64,000 bases of DNA from Marsupella aquatica (lineage: Eukaryota; Plantae; Marchantiophyta). Made by a program: the position numbers and the translations under genes. Positions 11,901-24,191 of this stretch are shown here, piece after piece (the stretch's first letter is position 1; every line of letters starts with the position of its first letter). Under the pieces are notes generated by a model. It did no database searches and was not told where the DNA came from. It saw nothing but the letters and a program-made list of their open reading frames with translations. The stretch lies in assembly GCA_973895155.1 (NCBI GenBank), contig OZ316897.1:11679832-11743831 (forward strand), read 5' to 3'.

Positions 11901-13597
11901 GAATTAGAATCCCTACTCAGCAGACACACTTTTGGCCCAGTCGAGCCAACACCGCAAGACGTATACCTAATTGGCTACAAGTGGACATTTGTCCGCAAAA
12001 GAAATGATAAAGGCCAAATTGTACGCTATAAAGCACGTCTGGTAGGGAAAGGATTTACACAACAACCGGGAATTCATTACGATGAAACTTACTCACCGGT
12101 TATGGATAGCACAACATTCCGATACCTTATCGGATTTGCCATTTTCCATAAACTACAAATGCGACAACTGGATGTTGTGACCGCATATCTATATGGAACT
12201 TTAGACACTTGTCTGTACATGTGATCACCTCCCGAGTCGGAGCAACGTCGCCGAGCTTTAGCTCAAGGCGCTAAATCGCATATTCCATATTTACATAAGA
12301 TTATAAAACAATTATCTCAAGTTACACCTCATGTGTCATCTACACATGTAACTCATAATAATGACACCGCTGTGTCAATCGTACGGAATACTTGCAGCGG
12401 ACTAGCTATCCGCGTGTTGAAGGCATTATATGGCCTAAAACAAAGTGGCAGAGTATGGTATCAAAGATTTACTGATGAAATGATTACCATGGGTTTTACC
12501 CATGATGCAATTACCCCATGTTTATTTATTAAACATATGGATGACGAATATGTCATTGTTTCTATCTATGTTGATGACTTAAACATATTTGGGACACCCC
12601 AAATTACCGAAGATACTATTACTCGTTTTAAATCAACATTTGAGATGAAAGACCTTGGACATACAAACTTTTGCTTAGGATTACAACTGGAGATCTTACC
12701 TACTGGCATGATGCTCCATCAAACCACACAAACTGAAAAGATCCTAAAACAGTTCAATATGAACCTAGCACACCCATTGACATCACCAATGGTTGTACGT
12801 TCATTAGAAAACAATACTGATGTTTTTTGCAAACGCGAAGAACATGAACCACTATTAATTAGGACCAGAAACTCCGTATCTTTCTGCGATAGGAGCATTA
12901 ATGTATCTAGCAAATCAGACACGACCAGACATTGCATTTGCAGTTAACTTTCTAGCTAGACATAGTGCAACTCCCACAGCCAGACACTGGAATGGAGTTA
13001 AGCACGTATTTAGATACCTACGTGGAACCACCGATACCGGGTTATTTTACCCATTTGGTGCAAACCACGAGCTCATAGGATATGCGGATGCCGGATATCT
13101 TTCCGACACTGACACCGCAAAATCCCAAACCGGATATGTTTTTACTATTGGGGGTACCGCTTTTTCTTGGAAAAGCGTGAAACAGACCCTAATAGCAACC
13201 TCATCGAATCACTCAGAAATCTTAGCTCTACATGAGGCTAGTCGTGAAGCCGTTTGGTTACGATCCTTTATAAACCACATCAATACCAAATGCGGCCTAC
13301 CACCACTAACGAAGCCTACTAACATTTTTTTAGGATAACGCAGCATGTATACAGCAGATCACGAAAGGATTCATCAAAGGCGATCGCGTGAAACATATAG
13401 CTCCAAAGTTTTTCTACACCCACGAGCTACACGGAAAAGAGATCAACATTTTGCAAATTTCAAGTGCAGACAACTGTGCGGATCTCTTCACCAAATCACT
13501 ATCGCCATCAGTTCACCATCGACACTGCCAGGCGATTGGACTGCGGAGCGTGCGACGCATGATGACCGTGGAGGCTGCTACTCCACATGACGATTGA
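8947..13597 (+). pseudogene. gag-pol: gag-pol polyprotein with 3 premature stops and 3 frameshifts
   Basis: Zinc knuckle CHECGMTNHLARNC, protease IIDSATTH, GAG-pre-integrase LWHARLGH, integrase HADVCGP/RVDNAGEF, RT YVDD, RNase H YADAGY. Stops at 10974, 11526 and 12222; frameshifts near 10410, 12855 and 13330. Confidence 0.95.
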
Positions 13598-13900
13598 TGC
13601 TGCTGATGACATGATGCTGACGACCTACTGTTGAGACAAATATTAAAACTAGATTTACTATAGCATCTGACTTTATTTAATATTGACATTTATTACGACG
13701 AGGACTGTTAGGCTGCACTCTTTTTCCTTTAGCACTCATATTTTTTCTCTGCTACACTGGTAGAGTTTTTACTAAGCTAGAATTGATAAAGGTTTTTTAA
13801 CGAGGCAGTCTACCTCACTTGTACTTATATCATGTATTTCATATGAACATGATATAATAGGTATAGTCTATGTTGTCTATATAGTTATCACTATATATCC

Positions 13901-13909
13901 AAAGGGGAG
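13901..13909 (+). promoter_or_regulatory. Polypurine tract
   Basis: AAAGGGGAG directly before the 3' LTR. Confidence 0.85.
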
Positions 13910-14016
13910 TGTTAGACTCTACCTCTAGCCGGACGACCGGACCAGCCGGTCACCCGACCAAACTATATGTACAATTCATGACTATTCACATGCTGATTGA
14001 CATTCACTCTATACTA
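13910..14016 (+). repeat. 3' LTR (107 bp, TG..TA)
   Basis: Copy of 7415-7524, followed by the TSD TACTG. Confidence 0.95.
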
Positions 14017-15799
14017 TACTGAAATAATTGCACTTCAGTCTTGAGTATCAGATGGCAGTGGTCAATGAATGATACCAAGAATAATGACTAATGAATTAGT
14101 TTTGAATAAAAGGGAGAAGACAGACACAAAAACAAAAGAGAAGAAAAGTGTAGAAAAATAATTAAAGGGAACAAAGGACCAACAAAAGACAAAGTGTGAG
14201 CAAGGTATCTTACAGAAAATATACAAAAGGAGATAGTATCCAAAGGTATGGATTTTGTCCAATCCAAGGTCACAAAAAAGATATCCTTTAAATCTAATGG
14301 TTGGATTGATTCCCGCCAGTCCTACTTTCGTAAGCACACGACGCCTAGAAAAGAGCTGGATCCCTTATTATAGTGTGTATATGAAAACATGTATTTTAAG
14401 TTGTCTATGTATTTATGAACCTTTAATTTAGCTAGGATAAAATTAACTTGGAATACAGCAATTTGAGATTACTTAAATCCCTATTTGAGTTGGGAAATCA
14501 AATATGCTTTATATCTAGAGCAAGGCAACGACAAAGAGCTAAGAGTACATTCTTGTCATGGGGAGGGCATCAACATCATTCATCAACATCATTGCATGGA
14601 CAAAGGTAGTTAATGCTGTCCCTATGGGAAGATGCCCACAATAAAAGCGCTTAGAAAGGCAGCCCTGAAAAGCCCAATGCCTGAGAATATAGTTGACATA
14701 TCTCCAACACTCTTTGGATTACATAGCAAGAGTAGAGTGTCCTCTCCATGGGTACCAGCTAGTGAAGGCTCTAGACAACAACAGTTTCCTCAGTCCTTCC
14801 TCCCCTTTGTTTGACTATCACTATCTGTCAACACAAGGATAAATACAGGGTGATATAGAGAAACAGAGGGTGTCATGGGATTTTTTTGTTAGCAAAAACC
14901 CCGAGCCATGACAAAACCTGGATCCACCAGATTTCACCTACATTGTTCCTGAAATTGTGGAGCAAAATGGCCAAGAGAAGAGAAAAATGAATAAATATGA
15001 AAAGGGAAAAGTAGTGGACACTTCCCCTGTATGGCTGGTGGCCGTTTAAAGGATTCATTGAATGCTTTGTACCATCATATTCTGGCTTGATAACAAATAT
15101 GATAAGAAGACATCATGTTTGGATGTGAAACTCACAAGGGGCTGCAAACTTTAAACATGCATTTACATGAAAACATTAATTTTGACTTGCATGACATGGG
15201 CCTGAATATATGGCACATGTCATGTCATGAATCATAATACTTAGCTGTGAGGTTACTCCATACCAGTACGTATGGCAAAGAGAAACATCAAAATTTACAG
15301 GTAGGGACTCTGTTTCACCTGGCTTGTGAGGGTTACCTCATAGTCTGTAATGTGGCAAAGATAACCATTAAAACTCACAGACTAGACACGAGAATCTCTG
15401 TTTTTTTCCACCTGGTTTTGCAGTTTCTAATAAATTCCAGATCACACCACAACTTTCACGTTAGCTAATTGCCTTTCAAGTATTTTCCCGGAACCATGAA
15501 GAGGGTAATTGTTTGAGGTAATTGTCGCCATGTGAGGATTGTGAATGACTTGATTTTGCATCTTTAGTTTGCCCTTCGATCTCAGCTAGATTGCGAAAAC
15601 AAGTTGGAAGGGCCCCTTCTGTCATTTGCTGGACGCGATGTTTGGAAGGTGTGAATGTCGTCTGAACTGGAATTTTGGGAAGGAGTGACTCTCGTCTGAG
15701 CTCGAACTGAAATTCAGATAGATGTGAGAATAGTTGCACGTTTGTTGCAGGTGGTGGTCTAGCATGAGCTGTTGTTTGTGTAGGCTGTCTCCACACCAG

Positions 15800-16470
15800 G
15801 GATCCAATTCCATTCCCTGCTGTAGATCCGAAGTGAGCTTCTCTAGATCGACATACTTTAATTCTGGTTGATTTGGAATCCGTGGCTTGATCATGAAGGT
15901 CCATTGATCTGCCACTTCATATGAGACTGACTCTTCAGACTCCGATCGAGTTTGAATTCCTCAATCGAGTGACTCCTCGGACCTCTGTCACAGTAATCTC
16001 AGGACCATGGCTTTCAGCACGCCTTCTCGTTCTGCGCGGCAGTTCTCAAAATGAACAGGCTCGCAGGGGATTTTCTACGAATCCCATTTGGTGCAAAACG
16101 CACTTCAATCTCAAACTGCACGGTTAGAGATTGACAATACCATCGTTCCTTCTAGATTGTATTCGCTGTTATCCATCGTCATTGATTTCGACCATTATTG
16201 AGTGAGAGAGAGAGAGCATCTCGGAGAGCATATTACACCTCTCACTGACTGAACTTGTGTGGAACAAAGTTGTCTTTTCGTAAACTGACTTTACCCCGTG
16301 CGTACGTGCTTGGATTGTCCATCAAGCTTCGAAGCTGATGCTTGCCCAATGGCGTGGTCGAGTGCATGGTTAAAGTTCTTGTCAAGGAGTTGGTGGGGAG
16401 GATCTAGATCATAGTCAATGCCATCGCCCATCGGCCCCCGTCCCGATTATGACGCCGCTGCTCTTGGCTA
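15800..16470 (+). pseudogene. Relic of a tandem SDR paralogue (3' part of intron plus start of exon 2)
   Basis: 15835-16135 aligns by eye with SDR intron 17813-18133 (e.g. gactcctcggac, cacggttagagattga vs cacggtttgagattga). 16326-16470 aligns with exon 2 (tcgagtgc, caaggagttg, ggggagga, gacgcc), with indels and a mutated acceptor. Confidence 0.8.
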
Positions 16471-16956
16471 CTTCTCCGCAACGATTGGGCTTGTCTGGTA
16501 TGTTCTAAGCTTTATTATATCCTCTGTCCAGTGAATGGTTGGGCACTTGGGCGAGATCAGCTATTGTAGACTATAATATGAGCCATATTTGGATTCTCTC
16601 TTTACTGATGACCCAGATGCTCTCTAATGGAGCCAGAAACAGCTTGTTAGGATCTGCCAGCTAGGAACCTGATGGAATGGCGGCCAGCTTCGAAAAACCG
16701 ATAGATATGACTCGTCATATCGAATCTTCGTCGTTTAGCAAATTCGTTCTAGAGATTTGTCTTTTATGCTGTGAATAACAGATTCGTCTGGTGGAATACT
16801 TTAGAAGCAGACTCCGCTTTGACGGCTCAAGCTTCCATAGAAATATATGTAGTTACACAATTCTGGGCCCATATCGAGGATTCAAATTCGGATCTGATCT
16901 CGTCGACTTGAGCGCATTAATTTTAGCTTGGCCTTAGATTGTCAATACCAGGCATC

Positions 16957-18569
16957 ATGGCTTCCACAGGCAAGATGCAAGGAAAGGTGGCTCTCGTAAC
17001 TGGAGGCTCTGGAGGGATCGGCGGTGAGGTGTGTGTGAGTCTTGCGGGCCAGGGCGCATCGATCGTCGTCGTAGATTTAGTTCCAGCGGATGAGCTCACG
17101 ACTAAAATCGCAGCAGGTGGAGGTAAAGCCATCTATGCGAAAGCGGATGTCAGTAAATCGGCAGACGTCAAGGCGGCTTTCGACAAGGCAGTGGAGGTGT
17201 TCGGAGCCGTGCACATTGTCGTTCACTGTGCAGGTATCATGCTGAACGACGACCTACCGATTCAAAGTACGAGCGAGGAATCCTGGGACTTCACTTTCCT
17301 GGTGATTGCCAGAGGCACGTTTCTCGTTACCAAGGAAGCTACGAACAGGCTGGGTCCTGGTGGGAGGATCGTGGTGACCAGCTCCTCGCTTGCGCAAAAC
17401 CCAGTGCCTTGTAAGTTGACGTCTCTGCATGCCAACGCTTTTTCTGCTTTCATGTTCAGCAATGTCCTCTCTATGGCTGTTCCAGATGTATATCACAATG
17501 TTGGCTCAGTCTTGCATTCGGAATAAGTTTCGGGAACCATACATGAAGAGGCTTGAACAGTATATTGTGGATTGCAAGGGAGAGGCGGGGAGGTAGTACG
17601 TAGTCGCTGTGTCATGATTGTGAATGATTGATTCTTGCATTAAAACAGTGGCCTCGGGAATGGCCTTCGATCTCAATAACGTCGCGAAACATCGAAGTCA
17701 GTTGCGGGAAGCGATATTTGGAAAGAATTCGGTTGCACTATACGTTGCAGTTACTACAGTATAGTATGGCCATTGCTAAGGGGAACCACAGAAATGGATG
17801 AATTTACCCCTTCTGAGCTTCTTTAGATTGGAACACTCTTTACGGTTTGGAGTCTATGACTTGATCCTGAAGCTCCATTGATCCACCACCGCTTCATTTG
17901 TAGCTAACTCCTTAAACTCCCATGAAGTTCAAGTTCCTCGAGTAAGGACTATCAAGTTGATTTAGACTCCTCGGACTTCTGTCAGTCACAATAATCTTAG
18001 CAGGGTCGAAGTGGGAGCTACCCAGGAACATGACTTTTAGCAAAGTTCTCGATCGACAGATTTGCAGGAGATCTAGTACCAATGTCATTCGGTGCAAAGC
18101 CTCCTCAAACAGCAGTTCACGGTTTGAGATTGATTTCACAGTTTTATATCGTAATTCGTCTCCACCCTTCTGTAGTAAGAAACTATAATGCGCTCACTGA
18201 CTGCATGTAGGCTGGACAAAGTTGTCTACCATGAAGTGGTTGTTGACCCATGCTGCATTGTCGATCTTTTCTTCAGGCTTCGGACCTTACTCTTGCGCAA
18301 AGGCATCCATCGAGTGCTTGGTCAGAACTGTGGCCAAGGAGTTGATGGGGAGGAAGATCACCATCAACGGCGTTGCCCCCGGCCCAGTTAAGACGCCAAT
18401 GCTCATGGCGAATGTACAAGAACCGATGCTTGATGCGCTTGTCAAAACAACTCCGCTGGGACGACTAGGCGAGACCACGGATATCGCCCGCTTGATTCAC
18501 TTTTTGGTGAGCGACGAAGGGGAGTGGGTGAATGGAACAATCATTCCCGTGTCTGGTGGATTTTCATAA
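16957..18569 (+). CDS. Short-chain dehydrogenase/reductase (classical SDR, NADPH-dependent aldehyde-reductase-like), 2 exons: 16957-17410, 18277-18569
   Basis: TGGSGGIG nucleotide-binding motif, HCAG, catalytic S and YSCAK, NGVAPGPVKT. A phase-1 GT-AG intron joins the exons in frame (about 248 aa). Confidence 0.92.
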
Positions 18570-21238
18570 TCCCATGGTCAAACTCGATCCATATCTGGGA
18601 ACTGACATGCCCGCCCCTTTGCTGCATGCGCTTGCTTGCAGTTTTGCACCTTGAACTTTGAGGTTCTGTGTGCTGAAAGGTGAAGTAATTCTCGCCGCGT
18701 GCATCAATGCGTACATTAAAAACAGAATTTCCCTCTAGCCAACATGTCCAGCCCTCTGACAAGTGGGCACTTCACTGTCTACTCGAGGAAATATTGCCTC
18801 CTTCGAAAGGCCTCCAAATTGCCTCAAGGAGACGCAGGAGGTCTCTGAAAATCCAAAATATTGGGCCTTTCTTCAAGGAGGACAGTCTTAGATAACAACA
18901 CAAGGCTCCTGTATCGTGCCCGATGAGAAGGCAAAGAGCATGTAGACAAACAGCATGGAGCAAGCAAACTAAGGAATTCTTGCTTTGAAACTAGGTCACC
19001 TGTTCTTACTGTGGGCCTATCTTGGTACTAACAAAGTGAAGTTAACATGTTCTGGGCTTTCACGTTTTTGACCAGTCTTTTCTAAACCTTTTGCAATATA
19101 GCCAATGGCGAACAAGCAATAAGATATTTTTCCGACTTCAAACATCTTTCTTGTGTCAGTGTGTAGTTTCCAACTTCGATCTCTACCTTCTAATCTGACA
19201 GAAGCTCCGACTTGTCCCCAAACTGAGAGACATGCAAAAAGGAACCACATCGTAGTCGCAAAGCTTTTGCCAGTTTAATCTCGACTTACCGAAAAAATTG
19301 TGCTTGGATGTTTCTTAACCTTGGACCCAAGAACCTCTAACAAACGTCCGAGAATTTGTTAATCTAACGCTCAATAAAGCCCTGACAGCCAGATCAACAA
19401 CTGGCTACTAGGGCCTTCTACCTGGTATATAAAATATGCTAAGAGCGTCTCCCGGGAATAGTCCCTTTAGCGGCCAGAATTCAGCATCGGTAACACCGGC
19501 CTTTTGTTCACCAAATGTGACCCCACTGGCGCCCGGTAAGGCTGACACTGCAGGCACGGTATATGCAAACATTCAGGCAAGCATCCGCAAAGTGTTACCG
19601 TCTACAATCTTCCAGTTTGTGATCTATGAGAGCGCATCGAGGACATGAAATTTGCAAACATTTGATTGCCCTGAATGACTGCTGGAGTCGACGACTCCTA
19701 CGTGGATTGAATGTTCGTGATTGAAGACGAGCTCTGGCCGGTCGATTGAACGTTCATTGAACAGTTCTGTCGAAGAAACGAAGGCAGAAATATTACTTCA
19801 CTCTTCCGGAGGAGACCCGAGCCAATGTCAGTCTAAGCAAAACTGTTTGCATTTTGCAACTCGATCTAAATCTTGTTGAGCTCTTAAGGGGTATGGTTGT
19901 GCTCTACCGACCACAAAAAACCACCGGGGTCTGCAAGTTTTGACCTGCAGATGTGGAAGAAAAAGTGGCACAAGAGAGGGCAGAAGAGAGAGCGAGGCGA
20001 TAATTGATCTAAAAAATCGGTTGAGATCAAAAGCGTTTTGAATCTGTGACGAGCAAGCGAGTGACATTGAAAGCCCAAAAGATGAAACACTACGCTTCTG
20101 TGAACGGTCAGAACTCACAATGCATGGAGGAAAGTGCACACACTGCAATTATCACCAGCTACTTCGACCCATGTTGCAGCGTGTGATACTAGTGGATAGT
20201 GTGATTGAGGATGAGCGGAGCAATTAAGATGAAGAAAATAGTCGTCAAGATCTCTTTAAGCACTGCTACAACAGTGAGAAGCTTTGGATTTAGACAAAGC
20301 ATGGAGGATGAGGTAACCAAATCGCTCACATGTCGCTCCTGAATCTGAGCACCGAAACCTGCATTGAACGGTCTCACATCGTAGTCCAGAAGAGGTCGTA
20401 AAAACAAATTGATCATTTCGAAGGGAGAAGTCCTAGCTCGTGGGAAAGGGAGAACTCCTACAAACTGTGAAGCGGTCTGTGAACCTACTTTAATGTTAGA
20501 CCAGATCCTATATAAAGCCAGGTACGTGGAAGCAGCACAGTGCTTCTCACGATCACCGGGGAATTTTGATGTATCGGCAATTTGGCTGGATTGAGCGTTC
20601 GAAATTCTCGGGGAGCAGCAAGAGGTATCTTGAAATGGTGATACTGGGCTTCCGTGGGGACCAGGAATCGACAATGGCATGTGAGGCCCGACGTTACTTT
20701 GAAGTGCAGGAGATGAGGTGGAAATGCTCTAAGAGTCTTAAGCAGGCTCTGATTCACAAAATTTAAGCCGCACCAAGCTGTCACATCCCACTAAACATAT
20801 TGACCTTCAGTGATTGTAGCGACACTCGATTGGATGTTACAAGAATGGACTAGCTTCAGCAATGCTGAGTATAATTTTCTCTTTTCTTTCTTCCATCAAA
20901 TGTGGGAGAAGCCAACAGGACTGGGCATCCCACCAAGTCTCCCATTGCTACTATACAACGTGTGCCAAATGTTGGACATGTAAGAATAACTGGCAGTAAC
21001 ACTAGGCAGTCCTATTTCATCAGTCGCATCTGGGTTCTGCTCTAGTGGAACTAAACAATTCTGAAGCAACTCAGAACTCCACTAAAGGTATCAAGTGAGA
21101 GCTTAAACCACTTTATTCCCAAGCCTGCCCCGCCACTCTGTATTCACAATCTTTACCTTACGAGCACCTCTGCTACATTACTAACGAGTCAAAAAATTCT
21201 TGAACGCAGACAGGATCGAGACTGAACCAACTGAGCAC

Positions 21239-23836
21239 TCACTTCCAGCGGCTTCCACTTCGGGTGCGGTGTATCTCTAGAAGCTGCTCTAGAGTGACAG
21301 CAACCCACCTATCATCTTTCTGAGCTAATAGCATTTGCTTGGCAGTATCCACACAAACACTGACCATTCCAAATCCATAGACCTGTAAACCCTCATGCAA
21401 CCTGCCAACCTTTGGCGTGAACTGAACATCATTATGTTGGGCAAAACCCTCCACAATCTCCTTCAAACTCATGTTTTCAGCTTCATTGTTCTCGGTCCCC
21501 TGGGCGATGGCGGCCGCATGTTGCTGTTGTTGTTGATATGCAGCATGTTGCTGTAATTCAAATTCTCGCTGCTCGGTGACCCTCAGATAGCTAACATTCT
21601 CTCTGGCACCTGGCTGCACCACTGGTGCCCCATTTACTGCCTGGTTCATCATTTCAAGTGCCACATTTAGCTGCCGTCGAATCCTCTCATTGGCACATAG
21701 CTCCGAGGGAAAGACGGATTTCCAATTCAAATACCACTGAGTGATCTCTTCAAAGTTGGGGTTGTTACACAACCATTGATACAATATTTGTTGCCATTTT
21801 GGGAAAAAGTAAGTCTCTAATATTCCTGCCATGTGGTGGATTGGCAAAGCCGTTGCCCATGCCATTACCCAGTTGAATTGATCCAAAATCTGGTGAGCAG
21901 GGTTAATGACCAACTCTTGCAAAGCAAATATCAGTTTTGGCAAGATTGACCTCACGAGGAGCAGTTCCCAGCTTCCAGCATCAAAAACGGCCTGCCATGG
22001 GGAAAGGAGGGTGTGTGCCGAAGTATCTTTAGGGTGCCAAGCCTGGAGAGCAGTTGTGAGCTTGTACCTAATGGGCAGGTAAAGTGGCTCCATACGAGAG
22101 CCAAGCAGAGGTAGCCATGGGTGCAGCCAAGCATGAATTGGCACAGTCTCCAACCGAGGATCCCAGTTATCCACTGCCACAGTCAACTTGGGCATCACAA
22201 GATTTTCCAGAATGTGCTGCAACACTGAAGCAGGCAGAAGCTTCTCCCAGGCCTCGAGAAATGCTAACATCGGTTCTGGATCCCGTGGTTCCCAAGAATT
22301 TGTAGCAGCCAATCTAACTGCTGGTATCACTGCTTCCATAACAAGCTGGGTGTAAGGAGAAGAATTCCCCTCATAAAGAGAATCCAACCCAGGGAAAATT
22401 GACTCTGGCTGCTCCTCGTCTTGTAGCAACCCCTGCAACACAGATATAACCTCGATTCCATGTTGTGGGGTTCGCAAAGGCTCCCATCCTCGGAACTTAG
22501 CTATCGTGGCCGGCATCAGAAACCAGAGAACAATGACCCCAATATTATACATCTTGTACTCCTCCCTATACTTACTTTTTGTGGTTGCAAATTCGGCGGC
22601 GATAGTCTCCAGACTCAGGACGCCCGTAGAAAGTTTCTCCTGCAGGGTTTGAATTAAAGTCGTCATAGTTTCAAAAATGCCAATCTGATGCTTCTGAGAT
22701 AAGAGATCGTTCTGCAACAGCTCGGTCTCCTTCTCCAATATCACTACTTGGTCCTTGCCATGTAATAGCTTTCTGTCACTTATTTGTATCTCTGACTGGA
22801 CAAGATCAACAATCAGCCGAATGTTGTGTTGCAGCTCAGGCATAGGCGTATCGTCAGGCTTAGCTCCCTGTTCAACATTAAGATTTTCCAAGTTGGTGAG
22901 AACCCTAGTTACGGGTCCTCTCATATCCAGCACTGTCTGAACTGGGTCCGCCCCTTGCTTTTCACTCAATAGCTCCGCGGCAGTTCTGTGATCGGTTCTC
23001 TTCGACTGGACATTCCTAACATGCCACAGCTTCTCCTTTGGCTTCTGCTTTGTTTTGTCCACCTTGCCTTTAGGCTCCTCACGTTGGGTAGGAGGAGGGA
23101 TCACGCCCAGTCCATTCTCGCTTTCCCGAAAATCCTTAAATCCCATACCCATCTTCTGAGGTCTCAATTTGGCCTCAATTGGAGCTTCAATACCCTGTTG
23201 ATTCTTTCCTAATCCTCCACCTTTGTACCCCATCTTCTCCAGCAATTTCATTCCAATTCCCCTGGTGTGTTTCTCGAATGTGCCCAGATTAGGATCCCCA
23301 GCAGGTAGTTTGTCGGAACCTGCAGTTGGTCCAGATGCAGCAGCCCCCTTTACCTTTCGTTCTCTCTCCTCTCTCTCCTTCTGCTTCCTCTGTGCGGACT
23401 CTACTATCTGCCTACCAAACGCTGTGGGAAGAAGATCTTCGATTTCTTCTTCAACTCTCTCCACTTTCCTCGTTTGAGCGGAAGCCATTCCTAACCCTAG
23501 TCCTGACCCTAGTCCCGGCCTTTCAGCGGCATTTCCATCATCCTCCATGACTACTACCTTCTCTACCTTCTCCTCGACTGAACGGACAATGCCCGTCGAC
23601 ACAAAATTCACAGGCTTTGTCAAATCGCTCTTCTTAATCAGATCCCCACGTCGTCTTCTCTTCCCCGTACCTTCCTCATCGGAATCACTCTCGTCAAAAA
23701 TTCCATACAAAGCCTCCTCCTTCGTCTGTTGGTGCGCTTCCTTTCGCTTCCGATAGTGAAACTCACCCCCAATCCATTGCCCATCCGTGTAATCATTCGT
23801 CATGCTGAAGCGCTCCATATGCTGATATTCGTCCAT
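21239..23836 (-). CDS. TFIP11: Tuftelin-interacting protein 11 / STIP / Ntr1 spliceosome disassembly factor, single coding exon (865 aa)
   Basis: Plant-type start MDEYQHMERF, TIP_N region, G-patch (GIGMKLLEKMGYKGGGLGKNQQGI) and GCFC domain (ELQHNIRLI, IHAWLHPWLP). Confidence 0.95.
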   Translation of the reverse strand: MDEYQHMERFSMTNDYTDGQWIGGEFHYRKRKEAHQQTKEEALYGIFDESDSDEEGTGKRRRRGDLIKKSDLTKPVNFVSTGIVRSVEEKVEKVVVMEDDGNAAERPGLGSGLGLGMASAQTRKVERVEEEIEDLLPTAFGRQIVESAQRKQKEREERERKVKGAAASGPTAGSDKLPAGDPNLGTFEKHTRGIGMKLLEKMGYKGGGLGKNQQGIEAPIEAKLRPQKMGMGFKDFRESENGLGVIPPPTQREEPKGKVDKTKQKPKEKLWHVRNVQSKRTDHRTAAELLSEKQGADPVQTVLDMRGPVTRVLTNLENLNVEQGAKPDDTPMPELQHNIRLIVDLVQSEIQISDRKLLHGKDQVVILEKETELLQNDLLSQKHQIGIFETMTTLIQTLQEKLSTGVLSLETIAAEFATTKSKYREEYKMYNIGVIVLWFLMPATIAKFRGWEPLRTPQHGIEVISVLQGLLQDEEQPESIFPGLDSLYEGNSSPYTQLVMEAVIPAVRLAATNSWEPRDPEPMLAFLEAWEKLLPASVLQHILENLVMPKLTVAVDNWDPRLETVPIHAWLHPWLPLLGSRMEPLYLPIRYKLTTALQAWHPKDTSAHTLLSPWQAVFDAGSWELLLVRSILPKLIFALQELVINPAHQILDQFNWVMAWATALPIHHMAGILETYFFPKWQQILYQWLCNNPNFEEITQWYLNWKSVFPSELCANERIRRQLNVALEMMNQAVNGAPVVQPGARENVSYLRVTEQREFELQQHAAYQQQQQHAAAIAQGTENNEAENMSLKEIVEGFAQHNDVQFTPKVGRLHEGLQVYGFGMVSVCVDTAKQMLLAQKDDRWVAVTLEQLLEIHRTRSGSRWK

Positions 23837-24191
23837 GGCTCCAAGCTTAGAAGTTGTTTCTTGGAACAATCCTCTTCAAATCCACTAGATCATTCCCTCG
23901 CCCTTATTTTCTCAGCCCGCCCTATCCATACAGCAAATCTGGCCGCGAGACCTAAACTTCAGCTGCATGCTCCTGCAGCATTTGAGGCTCCACTGCACCA
24001 AAATGCAGACACCCAATCAAAGCAATCAGGACCAGTTCCAATCCAGGAGACAGAGGACGGCCCCCAGAATTCCCAACAAGATCTTGAAAATATCAAGGTA
24101 AGCCAAGGTAAGTCAATCTAATCCAATCCAGATCATGGATTCTCAAGTAACAACAGTCTTCCATGCACAGAGCCCCTGTTGAGAGTGCAAA

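Larger units (their letters stand above)
7415..14016 (+). mobile_element. Full-length decayed Ty1/copia retrotransposon, Bianca lineage
   Basis: Paired LTRs, a 5-bp TSD TACTG (7410-7414 and 14017-14021), PBS and PPT are all present. Domain order is gag-PR-IN-RT-RH. Bianca-type gag start MANLEKLTFPALEI and KRGRPLGSKDK motif. Confidence 0.95.

Noticed and set aside
15476-15915. Minus-strand ORFs of 97 and 142 aa
   Set aside because: They partly overlap intron-derived sequence of the SDR relic and show no protein motif.
20189-20784. Overlapping ORFs of 61-163 aa downstream of TFIP11
   Set aside because: No recognisable domain or consistent splice structure.
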